DNA of 53,926 nt, taken from Klebsormidium nitens (taxonomy: Eukaryota; Plantae; Klebsormidiophyceae). Both the position numbers and the translations under genes were made by a program. Location: positions 1 to 53,926 of the forward strand of contig DF237543.1 in assembly GCA_000708835.1 (NCBI GenBank). Reading direction: 5' to 3'. How positions within the stretch are numbered: position 1 is the first letter of the stretch; each line of letters begins with the position of its first letter. Shown one piece after another: positions 10,701-23,700 of the stretch. Below the pieces are notes generated by a model, which saw only the letters and a list, made by a program, of their open reading frames with translations, was not told where the DNA came from and made no database searches.

Positions 10701-13700
10701 GGCTTTGACAAAAGGGCGGACCGCATGATTCCGAGGCGCCCTGCCGCTACTGAAAGTACTGGGTCCTGGGAAGCTCTCAGATGCAAGTGGAAAGCACAAT
10801 CTTCAATTTAGCGAGCTGAACCTGACAGTGTAAACTTACCTGCTGCCACGTATTCTCCATTGGGCCTCAGATTGGCAATGGCCGTGTTGTCTCCACGTGG
10901 TGCAAAGAAACCGTTCGGAGTACGGTGAGTCTTACCAAAGAGTTTTGGGTTCATCATGCTGGCAGCTAGAAGAATTGTCTGACTTTCTCACTGCCTTTTC
11001 CCCACTGAAGGTGCCTAAGGCGCTGCTTCTTCCCTATGCTGCAAAACGCAAACTTAGACAGGAAGTTTTGGCTGCTAACAAGGCTGATTACCAGACTTGA
11101 AGCTTGGATTATTGGACAGTCAACCGGGATTTAACCTTGTTCCAAGGCTGTATAACGCCCAAGTTTGGTTACGGGACATATAACCAGATTAAAACCTGCC
11201 CAAAACCAGCCCAGAACCGTCCTTGGTGAAGAACCAAAAAGTCCTGTGTATAATTCATTAGAACCCCGCTTGCAAGCATTGACCAGATGAGACCATCTGA
11301 GCTATCTTTCTGCCTTTTGAAACTCTTCTTGCTGGAACTCTTGAAAGAAGTATGGCTTCAAGCTCGCTACTGTTGGTTTGATAGACTAAAGGCGCGTTTT
11401 GGCGCCAGTGGCCATCAGCCTACAGACCGGGACGATTGTTTAGACCAGTGTCACATTCCCAGCCAACCGCCAAGCTCACTGTGTTCTCTTTTTCTCGTCT
11501 GCTGCAGGACTGTTTCTGACATGACATGAATGGGGCGATATTCGCCGCTGTCGTAGGTAAGAACGATCATCTACACATTTGAGGCCGAATCGAATCTTTC
11601 GATCAGCCATCCAGTGTTCCTCACTCTCAATCTCAAATAGCAAGGCAACAGTCTGTTCAATGAAGCTTCTAAGCAAGGCTTCAATTGAGAGAGCAGAGAA
11701 CCGCAGTGACGAAAGACGAACGGCACCCGGTGTACAGCGTTTGGAAATCACTTGCCAACTTCAGTCATTTCGCGACAGAGTTTGGCCTTCCATTTTTGTT
11801 CTTGCTTCCTGTGTCCGCACGCGTGTGTTAGAAGTTCGTTCTGAGCGCTTGATGATCTGGTTCTTCGTCGGAAGTCGGAGCAATCCAGAAACCACCCAAC
11901 AATCTCGATGCATCACCGGCCTTCTGACATTCATGGGGAATAATAATGCATCTGCGGTGCCCATGAGAGATCCAGCTGCGTACGGGATAGAAGACCTGCG
12001 CACCTGCTGCCAGTTCAGCTGCAGCGACAATGCACCTGACTGCGCTTGGGCCAAAGATGCGAGGCTGTAAAGTCTGTCTCGGTTAACGCTAGACTTGAGG
12101 GTTTGGTTCCCTTGACCATGCATCCTCGTTCTCTGCTTTTGCGGTATGGGACAGGTCGAAAGCAAGAAGGCAGCAAGTTCCGTGCTTTGCACCAAGGCAA
12201 TTTTACAAGACGTTGGTAAAAATTGATGCTTGCACAGCCTCCCTCCCGTATCAGATAAGCGTGACGCTTGAATGAGTTCAAAGCGCGGTTGCCAAGTAGT
12301 ACCTTTCTCTGCGAGCTCGATGATTTTCCTTGCATCACAGTCGATCTTTGGTTGCTGCTTCCAAAACCCTGCAAGTCGCGATAGGGTATCGTCTTTCGAA
12401 ACGCGTTCCGTATTTCGCGACGTTCGTCAGGCTAGGCATGCTCTCGTATCTCCCTTCCACACGCGAAACAAAGCGTCCGCTTCTTCATCTTCTCATCGCG
12501 TATCTCTCCAAGCTTCTGATCAGCACCAGACTCTCCGTCTCGTCCAGGGGTCCTGGCCAGCATTTCTCTGCTCCTCGGGATGCTCGTCAGCCTGGCGATG
12601 GATCTGTACCGGGCAGTTCAGCAACGGAATCAGCCCCAAATTCTCGTGAAGCTCGTGCCCGGTTCGAGTCCACGACGTCCCCCGGGCGCATCGTTTCAAG
12701 CGAAGCTGCCACGTGTCAGCACTTCGCTCGAAGAGAAGTCGCCCCGTGGCAGCACCTCGAGGGAGCGAGAGGCGTATCGAGGATAGAGAATCACCGAAGC
12801 AAACCTTTAATTGGTGTTGTGCTTACGGGACTGAGGGCTTCTTTCCAGAAGATGTTTAAGAAAAGCTGTCCGATCCCGGCGGCTTGCCGGTTGCGTTCGG
12901 TGTTCAATAGGCTATGGCGTGTGGTGTTGCGAGCTACTCGATGTCAAAGCTCGCTGCTAGCTTTCCCCCGTTGAAAATACGGGGCACTTGCGTTCATCAA
13001 AATAAAATTTTGTAGCCTACCGTAGTGTCATCTGCTATGCTGGCGAACCGTCCGGCACGTAAGTCATCACTCACAAGCAGAATACGTTGAGACTTAATAC
13101 CATAGTAGTAATCTTGCAGATCATAGATAGTTAAATAGAAGTCAGTTTGGGTCGCACTAAACAGGCCTAAGTGAGATGTACTCTTAGCTGAGCATGCCAT
13201 GCTTTAGGTCTATAATTGCTTTCAGCTCCCCTCAAAGCATGTGCGGACGAACTTGACCATTAGCAAATGGCCTATTACTTGTTTCACAGGAGTCCGAGCG
13301 GGTTGTTACCATATCAGATGGGAAAGACTCTGGAAGCAATAGTTTGTATTGTCAGATGCGTACTTAGCAATAACTTAAAGACGTACAGGTGCTGCGAGCT
13401 CTTTCAGGTTCATCTACCTCTTCAGCGTCGTAAGCGATGCAGAATGTTGTTCGCCCGCTGCACTGTCATGCAGGCCCGATCGAATCTCATGATTATGCGC
13501 CATGTCTTTCCTTCTCTAATGCAGACGCCTCCGGCCCCAACTTAAGTTAACCGTCTTAGCTTCACGAGAACGCGAACATCCGAGTCTAGTCATAATTGAA
13601 GGAGGCACTGAACTCTTAGCCACAATAGACGTGAGGCCAGAGTGTGCGTGTGCGTGCCGCGCATATGCATGATGCGATCTGCAGTTGACTCCGAAGCATG

Positions 13701-14669
13701 TATCCGGTGAGTTTCGATAAGCATTGCACTGCATCAATGGTATACATTATCGGATCAAAGTGGAGATTATAAGCTGTGCGTGCACACCAATGATGCAATA
13801 TGAACTTCAGTACGGTACGTCCAGCGCGATGCACCAAGATCGATGAGTCGAATCCTGTCTGTCATATTTGTCGCAATGCACTGTTTTTCTAAGATGAATT
13901 GAAGCGTCCCACTGTAGTAATAGTTGGGACGGTAAGTCCCAAGGATGAGCTGAGTCTGACCGGGCATACATATGATGTCGCATACTGCTTGATTCTTCTG
14001 GAAGGCCGAAGCTGCCGCTCAAAGCAAGTCCGACTGCCATTGAGGTTTAAAAACTTGATGAGATACAATTGCATGGTTGTGCATTGCTAGCCTCGTACTG
14101 AGTGGTGCACGCTGGAATTGAAATCTATGGGCCCTTCAAAGTTGAAAGGTGAACTTTGATGCAGTCGATTCCTGGAAGCACTTAAGAGAGCTGCTCAGCG
14201 GCTCCATAGGAGTGGGTGGGCCCTGATCAACCAGTAGGCCTCGATGATACCAAAAAGTTCTAAAAAGAGGGTCTGTGCCACTCATACAATCGAAGATGCA
14301 GTTGGAAGTTGTAGATCTTTGATTGACTAAAGTATATGACTGACTCTGTACAACCATACCTATGTAACTTTACACAATGCGTTAAGTTGGGCTCGCAGCA
14401 AAAGTTGCACGTAGACCGAAACTTTGACCAAGAACTTGCTATCTATGGGGTTATCAAATCTAACATGGACACAGCTATTGCAATTATGGACAGACCTTTA
14501 TGGACCTCAGACGAGCAAACAAAGAGTCCTGTACGAACCCCCTTGTCCCCGCGTCTGACAACACTGGGCTCTAGCAGCTTTTCTTACGCGTTTCCTCCGC
14601 GATCCGTTTCTCATTCCGAGACGGCGAGCCAACCCGTCAAGGAGCCAAGCGACCACATAACCTCTGAAG

Positions 14670-17600
14670 CTATCCAGCTTGTCTCCCCACTATTTCCGGC
14701 TCTCCGAAGTTGTTCTCTGGTGGCGAGAATCCGCGCATTTTGAACCAGGCGGGCATTCGGTAGCGGTCCAACAGCACAGGCCGAATGTCGGGCTGCTTGG
14801 ACAGCGACTCCAGGAGCGGCAACAACACTTCCAAAAGCTGCAAAAGACGTAGACAAGGCATTAGACTAAGCGGAAAAGAGAGACACTTCCAAAAGCTGCA
14901 AAAAATGGTAGCCTAAGGATCGTCTTGAGTCGGAAAGACAGAACCAGCATTGAAGCCTGTATTGTGAAGCTCAAATGAATAACACGGGGCAGCCCATTCT
15001 TTCACGTCTTGCAACAATCGTTTGCATTGTGCTCCTCACGCAGACGGTTTCGAGAACCACTTGCGCAACAGGATGCGAGAAGGTCATGGCGGCATGCAGA
15101 AACGAGCTAGGTGCGCACGATCTCTCGATGAGTCCTGCCTTTTCCTGGCCCGGAGATGTCTCCGGAGATCGTACTGACAATTGTCTATGATAAACCCTTC
15201 CTCCAGAATCACTGATGGTCCGCAGACTTTGCGAAGTATAATGTTAACCAGGCAGAAAAGGAGGCGGGACAGAGCGAGCAGAAGACGCAGTAGGCGCACC
15301 TGTCTATCCTCTGGCTGCTCCCCAGTGAAGGGAACGCAAGGAATGCCGTTGACAGGTTGCAGGATGAAGGAGAAGGGGTTGTTGTCGACAAGCACCGTCT
15401 TCCGCAGGTCCCGCCCCAGGGCCGAAAGATCTTTTACGTGCTCTCGATACTTACTGCAGACGCAAGGTTGCCATCAGAGCCGTCAGATTGGCTGAAAGGC
15501 GAGGTAATCAACGACTGTAGATGGTCATCCATAATTGGTGGTTACATTTAGCATCGAGGCGAAAGGTTGACAAAGTGACAGTTTACAATCCAGTTGCAGC
15601 CACCCGTTTGAAAAACCACGTTGCCCGTCTTTCAAAGCGTGCCTGAAATGACATCCTGAATGCGGCTAACAGGAGGTTCAGCTGCAAAGGTGCTTCTTTG
15701 AGGGTCTGAACAGCTTAAGAGAAGAGAGGTCTTCCCAAACACAAGTCACTCAACATTGTGCCTGCAAGACACGAAAACGCCCAAAGCCAACCCACTTGTT
15801 AATTGCGGCAGGCTCATGAAGCTGTACGCTATTTTCTTTCTTAAGACATCGAACTTTCAAACACAGACCCAGTTGCAATCATTTAGCCCTTCGATCCTAA
15901 TTCCTAACCCAAAAAAAACCCCGGGCCGGGGGTGAACACTAAATAAGCGCCTCTGTCAGTAACCAATTGGTATTGGCGCACGGGAACTCCATCTTGAGCA
16001 TCAGCCCTGACGATTTCAAACCTGACCGGAGCAGTCATCCATTACCTTCAATGCCCTTACTCCTGATCCAACACAACCTAAAAACACCCCAACTCACGTG
16101 CTGACAGTGGCGGGCCGGTAGAGGCGCGCAGAGATCATCCCCTCAGGGTCGATCTTGTCCACCAGAGGCCTCGCGTAGCCCTCCAGCCCCGCCGTGAAAA
16201 GCACCAGTTCCCCAATCACGCTCGCCCGTCGCAGGAACTCTGCCAGCCCGGGGCGCTCGTATACCGTCACCAGATTCACCTTGGGCTTGCCGTTCTCGTC
16301 CTGCAGAGAAGGACGAATTAGCCAAACACAGATACCTTTCGATTTTTTTGCTCAATCTGTCTGAAGAAGAACGTGTTTGATTATGTCAGGTTGCAAGATA
16401 AATCTGCTTTCGGTCTGCAATGCACTCAAGCTCCAGAAGTGATTCAGAATGGTTGCTTTCTGGGCTTTCCTAAGTCCATCCCTAGTTGACTAATGCGAAG
16501 CTTGTTGACAGTGCAAATCAAGAACAATGACTGAGGAACACGGCTCCAGTGTACCCTCAGGCAAAAGGAATTTGGGCAATGATTGAGGAGTTGAACATTA
16601 GGAGCAGATTGCTGCTGAATGAGCAACCCTCACCATCTCGTTCGCTGTACATTGGAGCTGAAACCAGCGGACTCCGTTCTGGGCCGCGTGCTGGTGTATG
16701 CTTGAGGGGAGCCCCGCAGAGTTGTACGCACAGACCAGCGTCTCGTCCAGATCCAGGACAACCTGTAGGACAAGATGAGGGCAAAGAGTAAGTACATCAT
16801 AATCCCTGCTTTCTTGCAGGAAGCTCTTTCAAAAGCTTGTGCAGACTGAAAACCAAAGCATGCTCTTGAAACGCTTTCTCGGGCTCATGCTGCAAACGTC
16901 GCGCCGTTTTGCGATTGCAAGCGAAATGGAAAATGGCTGGGCGGGATAGGTAGAGGGGGGCCTCAAGAAAGCCTTTAAGATGGTTGTCTCGAAACTGATG
17001 GAGCTACCTGCAAACTGGGAAATCGAAGCTGCTGCCAAGGATGCGAAGCCCATCCAGGGCTTGGACCTGAAGATACTGTTCTCATGCGCTATGCTCCAAT
17101 CTTTCTTTTAGTAACAGCGACCGCTGTCATTTTCACGGCCCTTGGTACCGAAATTGGTCTACAAGGGAGCGCGGCCTCAGCACATCCGATGCAAAGAAAG
17201 GAACAGATCACAATATTTCTGAAGTAAAGCTGATCCTTGCGCCCCAGCTGAGACCATTCAGATAGAGCAAGCATAAGATTATCATCAAGTAAAGTTACTT
17301 CGCATGCGATGCAAAAACAAACTAGTGCAGAATGCTAAAGCGAAGAGTATGCTTCAGGCAGGAACCACAATCACAATTGCAGAGGATATAATCAGCAATA
17401 ACTACAACAAGCAAACAATGAGGAAGGCGCAGATTACAATATACAGTAAGATAGGCACAAGAACAATGGAAGACAAGAAACCATTTTGGGGAAATGCTGA
17501 GAACTTAGATTAGGGTTAGCCAGCCAATCTCCTCACTGTGCAAGTTATATGGCACACAGGGGAAATTGGAACAAGTCCAAGCGGAAGGGCCCCCGACAGA

Positions 17601-18850
17601 AACCCAACCCCGAAATATTGCATCTGCTTTAAACCACCACCCCCCTAGGAAGGTTCTCCGTTCAACTCCCATGCTGAACAACAGACTACCCTCAGCGGAC
17701 TTTCGTCTTCCAACCAGACGACGCGATCAACTTGACTTCCATATGCCAATCCAAAGGGAGCAGGAACAAAACAAATCCTGATGAGATAGGCCAGCTTGAT
17801 GCACAACAAAATATGTTTTGGAAGCAGATTTCACAGCGATCAAGATCAATCTTCCCAGCTAAATCCTTTCAGAGATCACCTCCTCATGCACGAAGCCAGA
17901 AAATCATGGCGCACTTTGCAGCACTCCCCTTCTCCCAATCAAAATTTATGCTTCTCTTTTTTTACAATTTCCAGCCTAAACCATCATGAAACAACCATAA
18001 CTCCATGTCAAACCCAAGTGATTGCCAATTGCATCTGATGCAGCTGACTCACCGTCATCTTGTCTTTATGCTCAGGTGCCTGCGGAGGCAACAGCCCCTT
18101 CTTTGCCTGCCCGTCAGCCTTCCTGTTTACCCCCTCACTTTCCTCCTTCTCGGCATCACCAAACCCGCTGCTGACTGTCCCGATCTTCCCCTCAATTTCC
18201 GCAACCACAGCCGCATACGTTGAACCCAAACCTACCAGGCAAAGCAAGTGCCCTATGTACAGAATCTTCATTGCTCTGAGCATGTACCGGAGGACTATGA
18301 ACACAAACACGTGCAGACATTGGACTGCAAAATCCCAGGTCGACACCGCCGAGATCCTGAGGTCGGTCTTCATCCTGGCTGCAACGGCCTCCACGAGGTC
18401 TAGACTGCTCTCAACAAACTGCAGAAACTGCTCGGTAGGACTTGGTCTCGATGCTGCAAGTGCAGTCGACCTTTCCTCTGCAGACCTCTTACAATTATCA
18501 GCAGACTCTTGAGCAAGTGCCGGGTTGAGCTCTTGTATGATGTCAGATGGCTCTGCTCTGCCCCCAACTCCCCCACACTCAGGGGTGACAATTCCCTCTG
18601 CTGCTTTAGGAGGTAATGCTTGAGCTCCTTTTTGCAAGTCAACCCTTGGCCCGACGACCTCTCCTAGAAGATCCTCCAAACTTGGATAACTGCTTCCCTC
18701 GATATTCGGAACAAGAAGCAGCGACTTGGACGGAAGCACCCCTTTCTTGCTCGTGCCCGGCCCTCTGTATGAGCTTCGTGCCTCTGCAGAATTGATCTCC
18801 TGTGGACCCAGGAGAGCCTGTCCCCGACTTGTCGACAGGACCTTGTTCAT
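14670..18850 (-). CDS. NIF/FCP1-like HAD phosphatase (CTD small phosphatase / Nem1-Dullard-like; resembles Arabidopsis At3g55960), ~483 aa
   Basis: Exons 18850-18053, 16762-16634, 16300-16098, 15453-15300, 14837-14670. Motifs: VVLDLDETLVCAY (DxDxT), VYERPGL, LFTAGLEGYARPLVDKID, RLYRP, HVKDLS, LVDNNPFSFILQPVNGIP. The start Met is the first ATG after an in-frame stop and is less certain. Confidence 0.92.
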
Positions 18851-19320
18851 GGGCGCTCGCTCCAGGGAGCTCTCTCTTCAGGAATCTCCAATTGCATTCG
18901 AACTTGAAGTTGAAGTCTGCAAAAGCAGTTGGGAGTCCTGTTGAGTGATTCAACTTCGAAGTTCTCTCTCCTTCAAAGCTGGCTACCTGGCGGCGTTCAT
19001 GAGGCCGCGTTCCCTGCTTCGCCGTCGCTGCCAACACTCAGCAGTCCGGCGACCAAGACAGCACCAGACGCGGTCTCTCAGTCGCTCACAAAATTGCAGT
19101 TCAGAGCAAAAAGTTCTTCCGCTGAAATACGTACAGTAATATTTTTCCACTTTCACATTGACCGTAAGAGGAAGCAGCCGGGAGGTTTGGGGGCGCCGCC
19201 CCCCGAGCCCCATTGCTTCCAACGGCATGTAAAGAGGGCGTTGGATTGCGCCGGGTAATACGTCCTCTTATGAGATGGCGAAGCGCCTTTTACAGGCAAG
19301 TTTCTTTTTAACATCAACTG

Positions 19321-19333
19321 ATTATATATTATA
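19321..19333 (+). promoter_or_regulatory. TATA-like element upstream of the tRNA-Ser gene
   Basis: ATTATATATTATA lies about 27-39 nt upstream of the tRNA, a typical position for plant Pol III tRNA genes. Confidence 0.5.
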
Positions 19334-19359
19334 AGCTAGCCGCTCGTTGATGCCGTCGT

Positions 19360-19441
19360 GCAACGATGGCCGAGCGGTTAAGGCGTTTGACTCGAAATCA
19401 AATGGGGTTTCCCCGCGCAGGTTCGAATCCTGCTCGTTGCG
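19360..19441 (+). tRNA. tRNA-Ser (anticodon CGA), intronless
   Basis: Acceptor stem GCAACGA/TCGTTGC, D-arm TGGCCGAGCGGTTAAGGC, anticodon stem TTTGA-CT-CGA-AA-TCAAA (CGA at 19393-19395), long variable arm GGGGTTTCCCC, T-loop GGTTCGAATCC, discriminator G. Confidence 0.97.
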
Positions 19442-19459
19442 AAAATTGTCACGACCTCC

Positions 19460-19464
19460 TTTTT
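19460..19464 (+). terminator. Pol III oligo-T terminator of tRNA-Ser
   Basis: T5 run about 20 nt downstream of the tRNA 3' end. Confidence 0.6.
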
Positions 19465-20779
19465 GTTACTCGACTCGAGACGCTAGACCCGTCAGTGTCC
19501 ATGCACCCCTGCTTCACGAATCACACCTGAGCAGAACCCACCTCCACATACTAAAAATCCCAATGGTATTCAGGTATTTGATGGTTTCTTTGGTGCTGGA
19601 TAAGAGTCGACACTGTTTCTATTTCGGTTCCGGCGCTCATGAGGTTCATGTTCCAGCACGTTGAAAATACTCTAATATGTGCATGCCTTCAACAAGGTTT
19701 GGTCAGCAACAATCGTCATTTAATAGCAGATAACTTATATAAGTGGTGCGAAACCGTCACCTGGCATACCTGTTGCATCCGGGAATCAATGATCGATATG
19801 AATTCGAATGCACATGATTACTGCGGTACCGTGTGTGTCGATTGATCTGCTATGTAGATCTCGATCACAATATATATACTATTGGAGTATACTAATAATA
19901 TATGTGTCAGCATAAAGGGTTGCATGTGCCACCGGCACTTGAGGGCGGCTTGATGGCCCGCCTGCATCTTCCACGACTCGGGACCACCAGGCTCAAGCTA
20001 CCATGTCTAGGCTTGGAAAGAGCACCTCTTCTGTCTCAATTGCAACCGCGCTAGACCGGAAAGTTCCTGTTCTTGATTGGGCTATTTTGCCACAACAAGC
20101 AGGAGAGATTGAAACCTATCAGTTGTTAAGAAGGTGGGAGTACGCCGGTAAAGGAAGATAAGAGGACCGGTCGAGCGGGGGTAAGTGCAATACATACATC
20201 CGATGTATGATCACCATGTACTCCATGTCGATTAAAGAGCTAAATCTTTTATGTGTGTACGCATGATTGACTAGCACAAGTCTCGGGAGGCAACCCAACA
20301 GGGTGGTATTACGCAGCATCATGTAAAGACCTGACCAATTGAGTCAAACTAACTTCTCGAAGTAACACCCATTGCATAATGTGCTGCTCCAAGAGTCCAA
20401 CAATTCAATTTATCGACCAAGAACGTACAGACCAAGGACTGCTTGTACAAGAATCATTCTTGTAGTTGCGATGCTTCTCCTCCATCTACGCCAAAAACAA
20501 GAGAGAGGGGCTCATCTTCCGATCCGCTAAGGCTTTCCACCATCCGCAACCTGCAACCAAGCGAAGTAACAATGACTGAGTTCAGATCGGTCCGTCAAAT
20601 GGGTACGAGAAAAGTGCGCGCCCTCTCTGCGACCACTGGGTTGATCAACATCAAACGACGTACCAAGATCAATTTGAAGCAAGACTGTACATGTCACTTG
20701 GTCAAAATAGTATCCCCTTGAGGCAGTACTACAATTCTCAAAGCCACAATGTTCGTACAAACTCCGGTTTGCGTTGACA

Positions 20780-23700
20780 CTACCGCATGGCGTACTGCTC
20801 ATAACAGAGGGTGTCGACACCGTAAAGAACACCGGAATCTCTACCTCGGACACTCTCGCATGCGTCCAACATCCTTTTTAAAACAAGAACATGAACAGAA
20901 GAACTGAGAATACCTCGGGGCAGCACACGACAGACAGCTCGGCACGCATTGGACGAGCAGATTTTCCGGAATAGGGCAAGCCGCCCAAAGGACAAGCCGT
21001 AAACAACTCTAGTCAGATGATCCACCAAAGGCATCTAAGGAGAGAACGACGCAATCGGATCGTCATATTTCTAGACGCGCACACAATCGAGTTTGACTTT
21101 TCACAACAGCGCCAAGGAGCAAGCTTTGAGAAGGGAACAATCTGGATTGAAGAAACAATCAAACACGGCAATGGATTTGCGGAACGCAAAGACCTCCGTC
21201 CAAAGAGTCCAGAAAGCAGACGGGATTGGAAAGTTCAAACAGAAAGAAAAAGCAACGGATGCTTACCGCTCCCGGAACAGCACACTGTTGTCATGCTCGA
21301 TGGAACGCGAGTCGCACCCCGCCGCCGCAGGCAGTAGTGATAATCAATCTCAGATAAGCGCAGAATTAACCTTGAAAAGAGTCCAGAGAGCGCATAATAA
21401 AAGAAGCAGACACCAAAAGAAGAAAGAAAAGGAACGCTCACCACTCCCGAAACGGCACGTTGGTCGAGTACTCGATGGAGCGGGAGTCGCGCCCCCGCTA
21501 CTGCGGAGAATGGTACTTCCACATCTCGAATTAAGCTCAATCTCGACCTTCAAAACCAGTCGAAAGCAATTGGAACAACAGAGAAGCATAAACAGGGAAA
21601 AAAGGAACTCACCACTCCCGGAACGGGACGTTGGTAGAATACTCAATCGACCGCGAGTCGCGGCCCCGCTGCCGCAGGTAGTAGTGCTTCCAGTACTCGA
21701 GCAGCGAGCGGAAGTTGCGCAGCGCGCGCGCGCCCCCCTGCTGGCGCGTGCGCAGCCGCTGCAGCAGCTGTGCCAGCTGTCCCTCGCGGCGGGCAAAGAG
21801 GAAGAAGAGCAGTGACGTGTTCACCACGCACATGTTGTCCTGCGGGACGAGGGACGATAACTAAATGTCGTGACACTTTGGGAAAAGTAAGCTCGAACCA
21901 AACCCTAAAAATCCAACCTATGAAGACTACCTGCCCTGCACCCGTACCCACCCGAAACCCCAAAGTAACCCTACCCGTCCGAGGTTTACTGTTCCTAGAT
22001 TGTTATTGCTTGAAAAGCAGCGGTTGAACTTCGCCCCTGGCCTCATATGGTTTACTTATGTCACAGATTTGAGTGGAGCCGAGACAGCCTAGTGGCAAAC
22101 GTTTAGAGTATCGATTCCCTTCGAACGATCCTTCAACATCTGGATTGAATGACAACCTGGAGTGATCGACAAGGTGATACCAGCAAAAACCAGGACGAAA
22201 GTTTCCTCTACTGACATCCTAACGGGCAACAAGCGAAGAAGTAGCAAGAGGTTGCAGACTAGATATATTTATCAAGCCCTCTTACGGTTAGACGTATTGG
22301 ATGATACGACAGCTCTCGATTCCCTGGACTACATCCGCAAGCTCCACATACTCTCCGATCACGAGAACAGACCCAGAGCAGAGCGCCCGAGCATGCACCA
22401 CCGATGACGTCGCGCACCTGCGTGACGTCATCCTTGTCGACCGCCTGCATGAGGTCGTACAGCAGCCGCGTTCGATTGCACGCCACGAACATTCCGAGCT
22501 TGCACGCGCCAGGGTCGGCCGCGGCGGCGCGCAGGTGGAACGACGCCGAGTATGAACCGCCGAGCGGGCTCGGGGCGCCGGAATCCGCCGGAACGAGGTC
22601 GGAACCGGAATGGGAGGGGGAGGGAGTCGATGGAGAGGGGCCGGGTGCGTCCTGGAGACGAGAAGGGGGGGCGCAGTCGAGATAAAGTGCGCGGTTCGAC
22701 GATAAAAAGCCTGAGCTTCGACACACCGGAATAACGCGGTTGCTGCAGACAGCGCCCGAGTATGACGAGGCAGCAGATGCAGTACAGAACGAACTGATGG
22801 AAAGAAAACGAAGGCATAAAGAAGGCAGTAATGATCCCAAGTGCCCCCTCCGCCTTAGAAGCGAGAGAACAATCCCTGCAACAGTGTGTGCATACAATGC
22901 AAGGTTCTAACTCCCCCATCTCAGCACTTCTCCGTGTCAACTGGCAGCAACAATCGATAAGATCGTCGACTCAATCTAGTTTCAAAAATAATCATCATCT
23001 CTAAGCTGCAAGTAACCACATCGTTTCCGTGGAACGGCGGGCCTGGTCCTCTTGACGGAAGACATGAACGACCGTTGAATGACTGCTTATTCTCGGACAG
23101 GAAGACTGCACGAAACCTAACGCACCTGTTCGGGATGGATTGCGCCCAGGTACGGTGGGGCTGGCGTTCCGTGGCGGAAGTATTGGAGGGAGAGAACGAG
23201 GGAACGGATGAAGACGTTTGTGTCCACCAGGTGTTCCGTAACCACGGCCATGAACCGGTCGAACTTGGGCCCATCCAGCAGCCGGTTGAGGCGGGCGAAC
23301 ATGGTCGGGTTAAACTTGACCAGCTCGCTTAGCAGGTCGAAGTTGATCTGGGGGGCCGGGAAAGATGTGGTTAGAATTTGGGTTACAGAAAGATGAACGG
23401 AAGGACCAGCTAATGGTTCAGGGGGGCGACCATGGGCGGTGTTAAAGCTTACCAGATCGTTTGAAATGTCGAAGTGGGTGTGAAGGGGCAGACGGGAAAA
23501 GGGATAAAGGGATTTGCAGAAAATTCTCATGAAGCTGCGGCAGGCACAGTTGGCCACCTTGTTTAGCAAACCGGAGATAGATAGAACGGAGATAGAACAG
23601 ACCGGTTTTAGGACAGCGATGATTGTGGTCAGCATCCGCACTGAGGTGACGGCAGAAGAAGGGTGCTAGGATGTCCAATGAGCCATCCGTTACTAGAGCG

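Noticed and set aside
12330-12974. 214-aa plus-strand ORF
   Set aside because: It has a non-ATG start, low-information composition and no recognisable domain or splice structure.
21093-21815. 240-aa plus-strand ORF, and similar ORFs such as 24660-25346, 25522-26172 and 29409-29876
   Set aside because: They are antisense shadows of GC-rich TRPC4AP exons and echoes; no recognisable domains.
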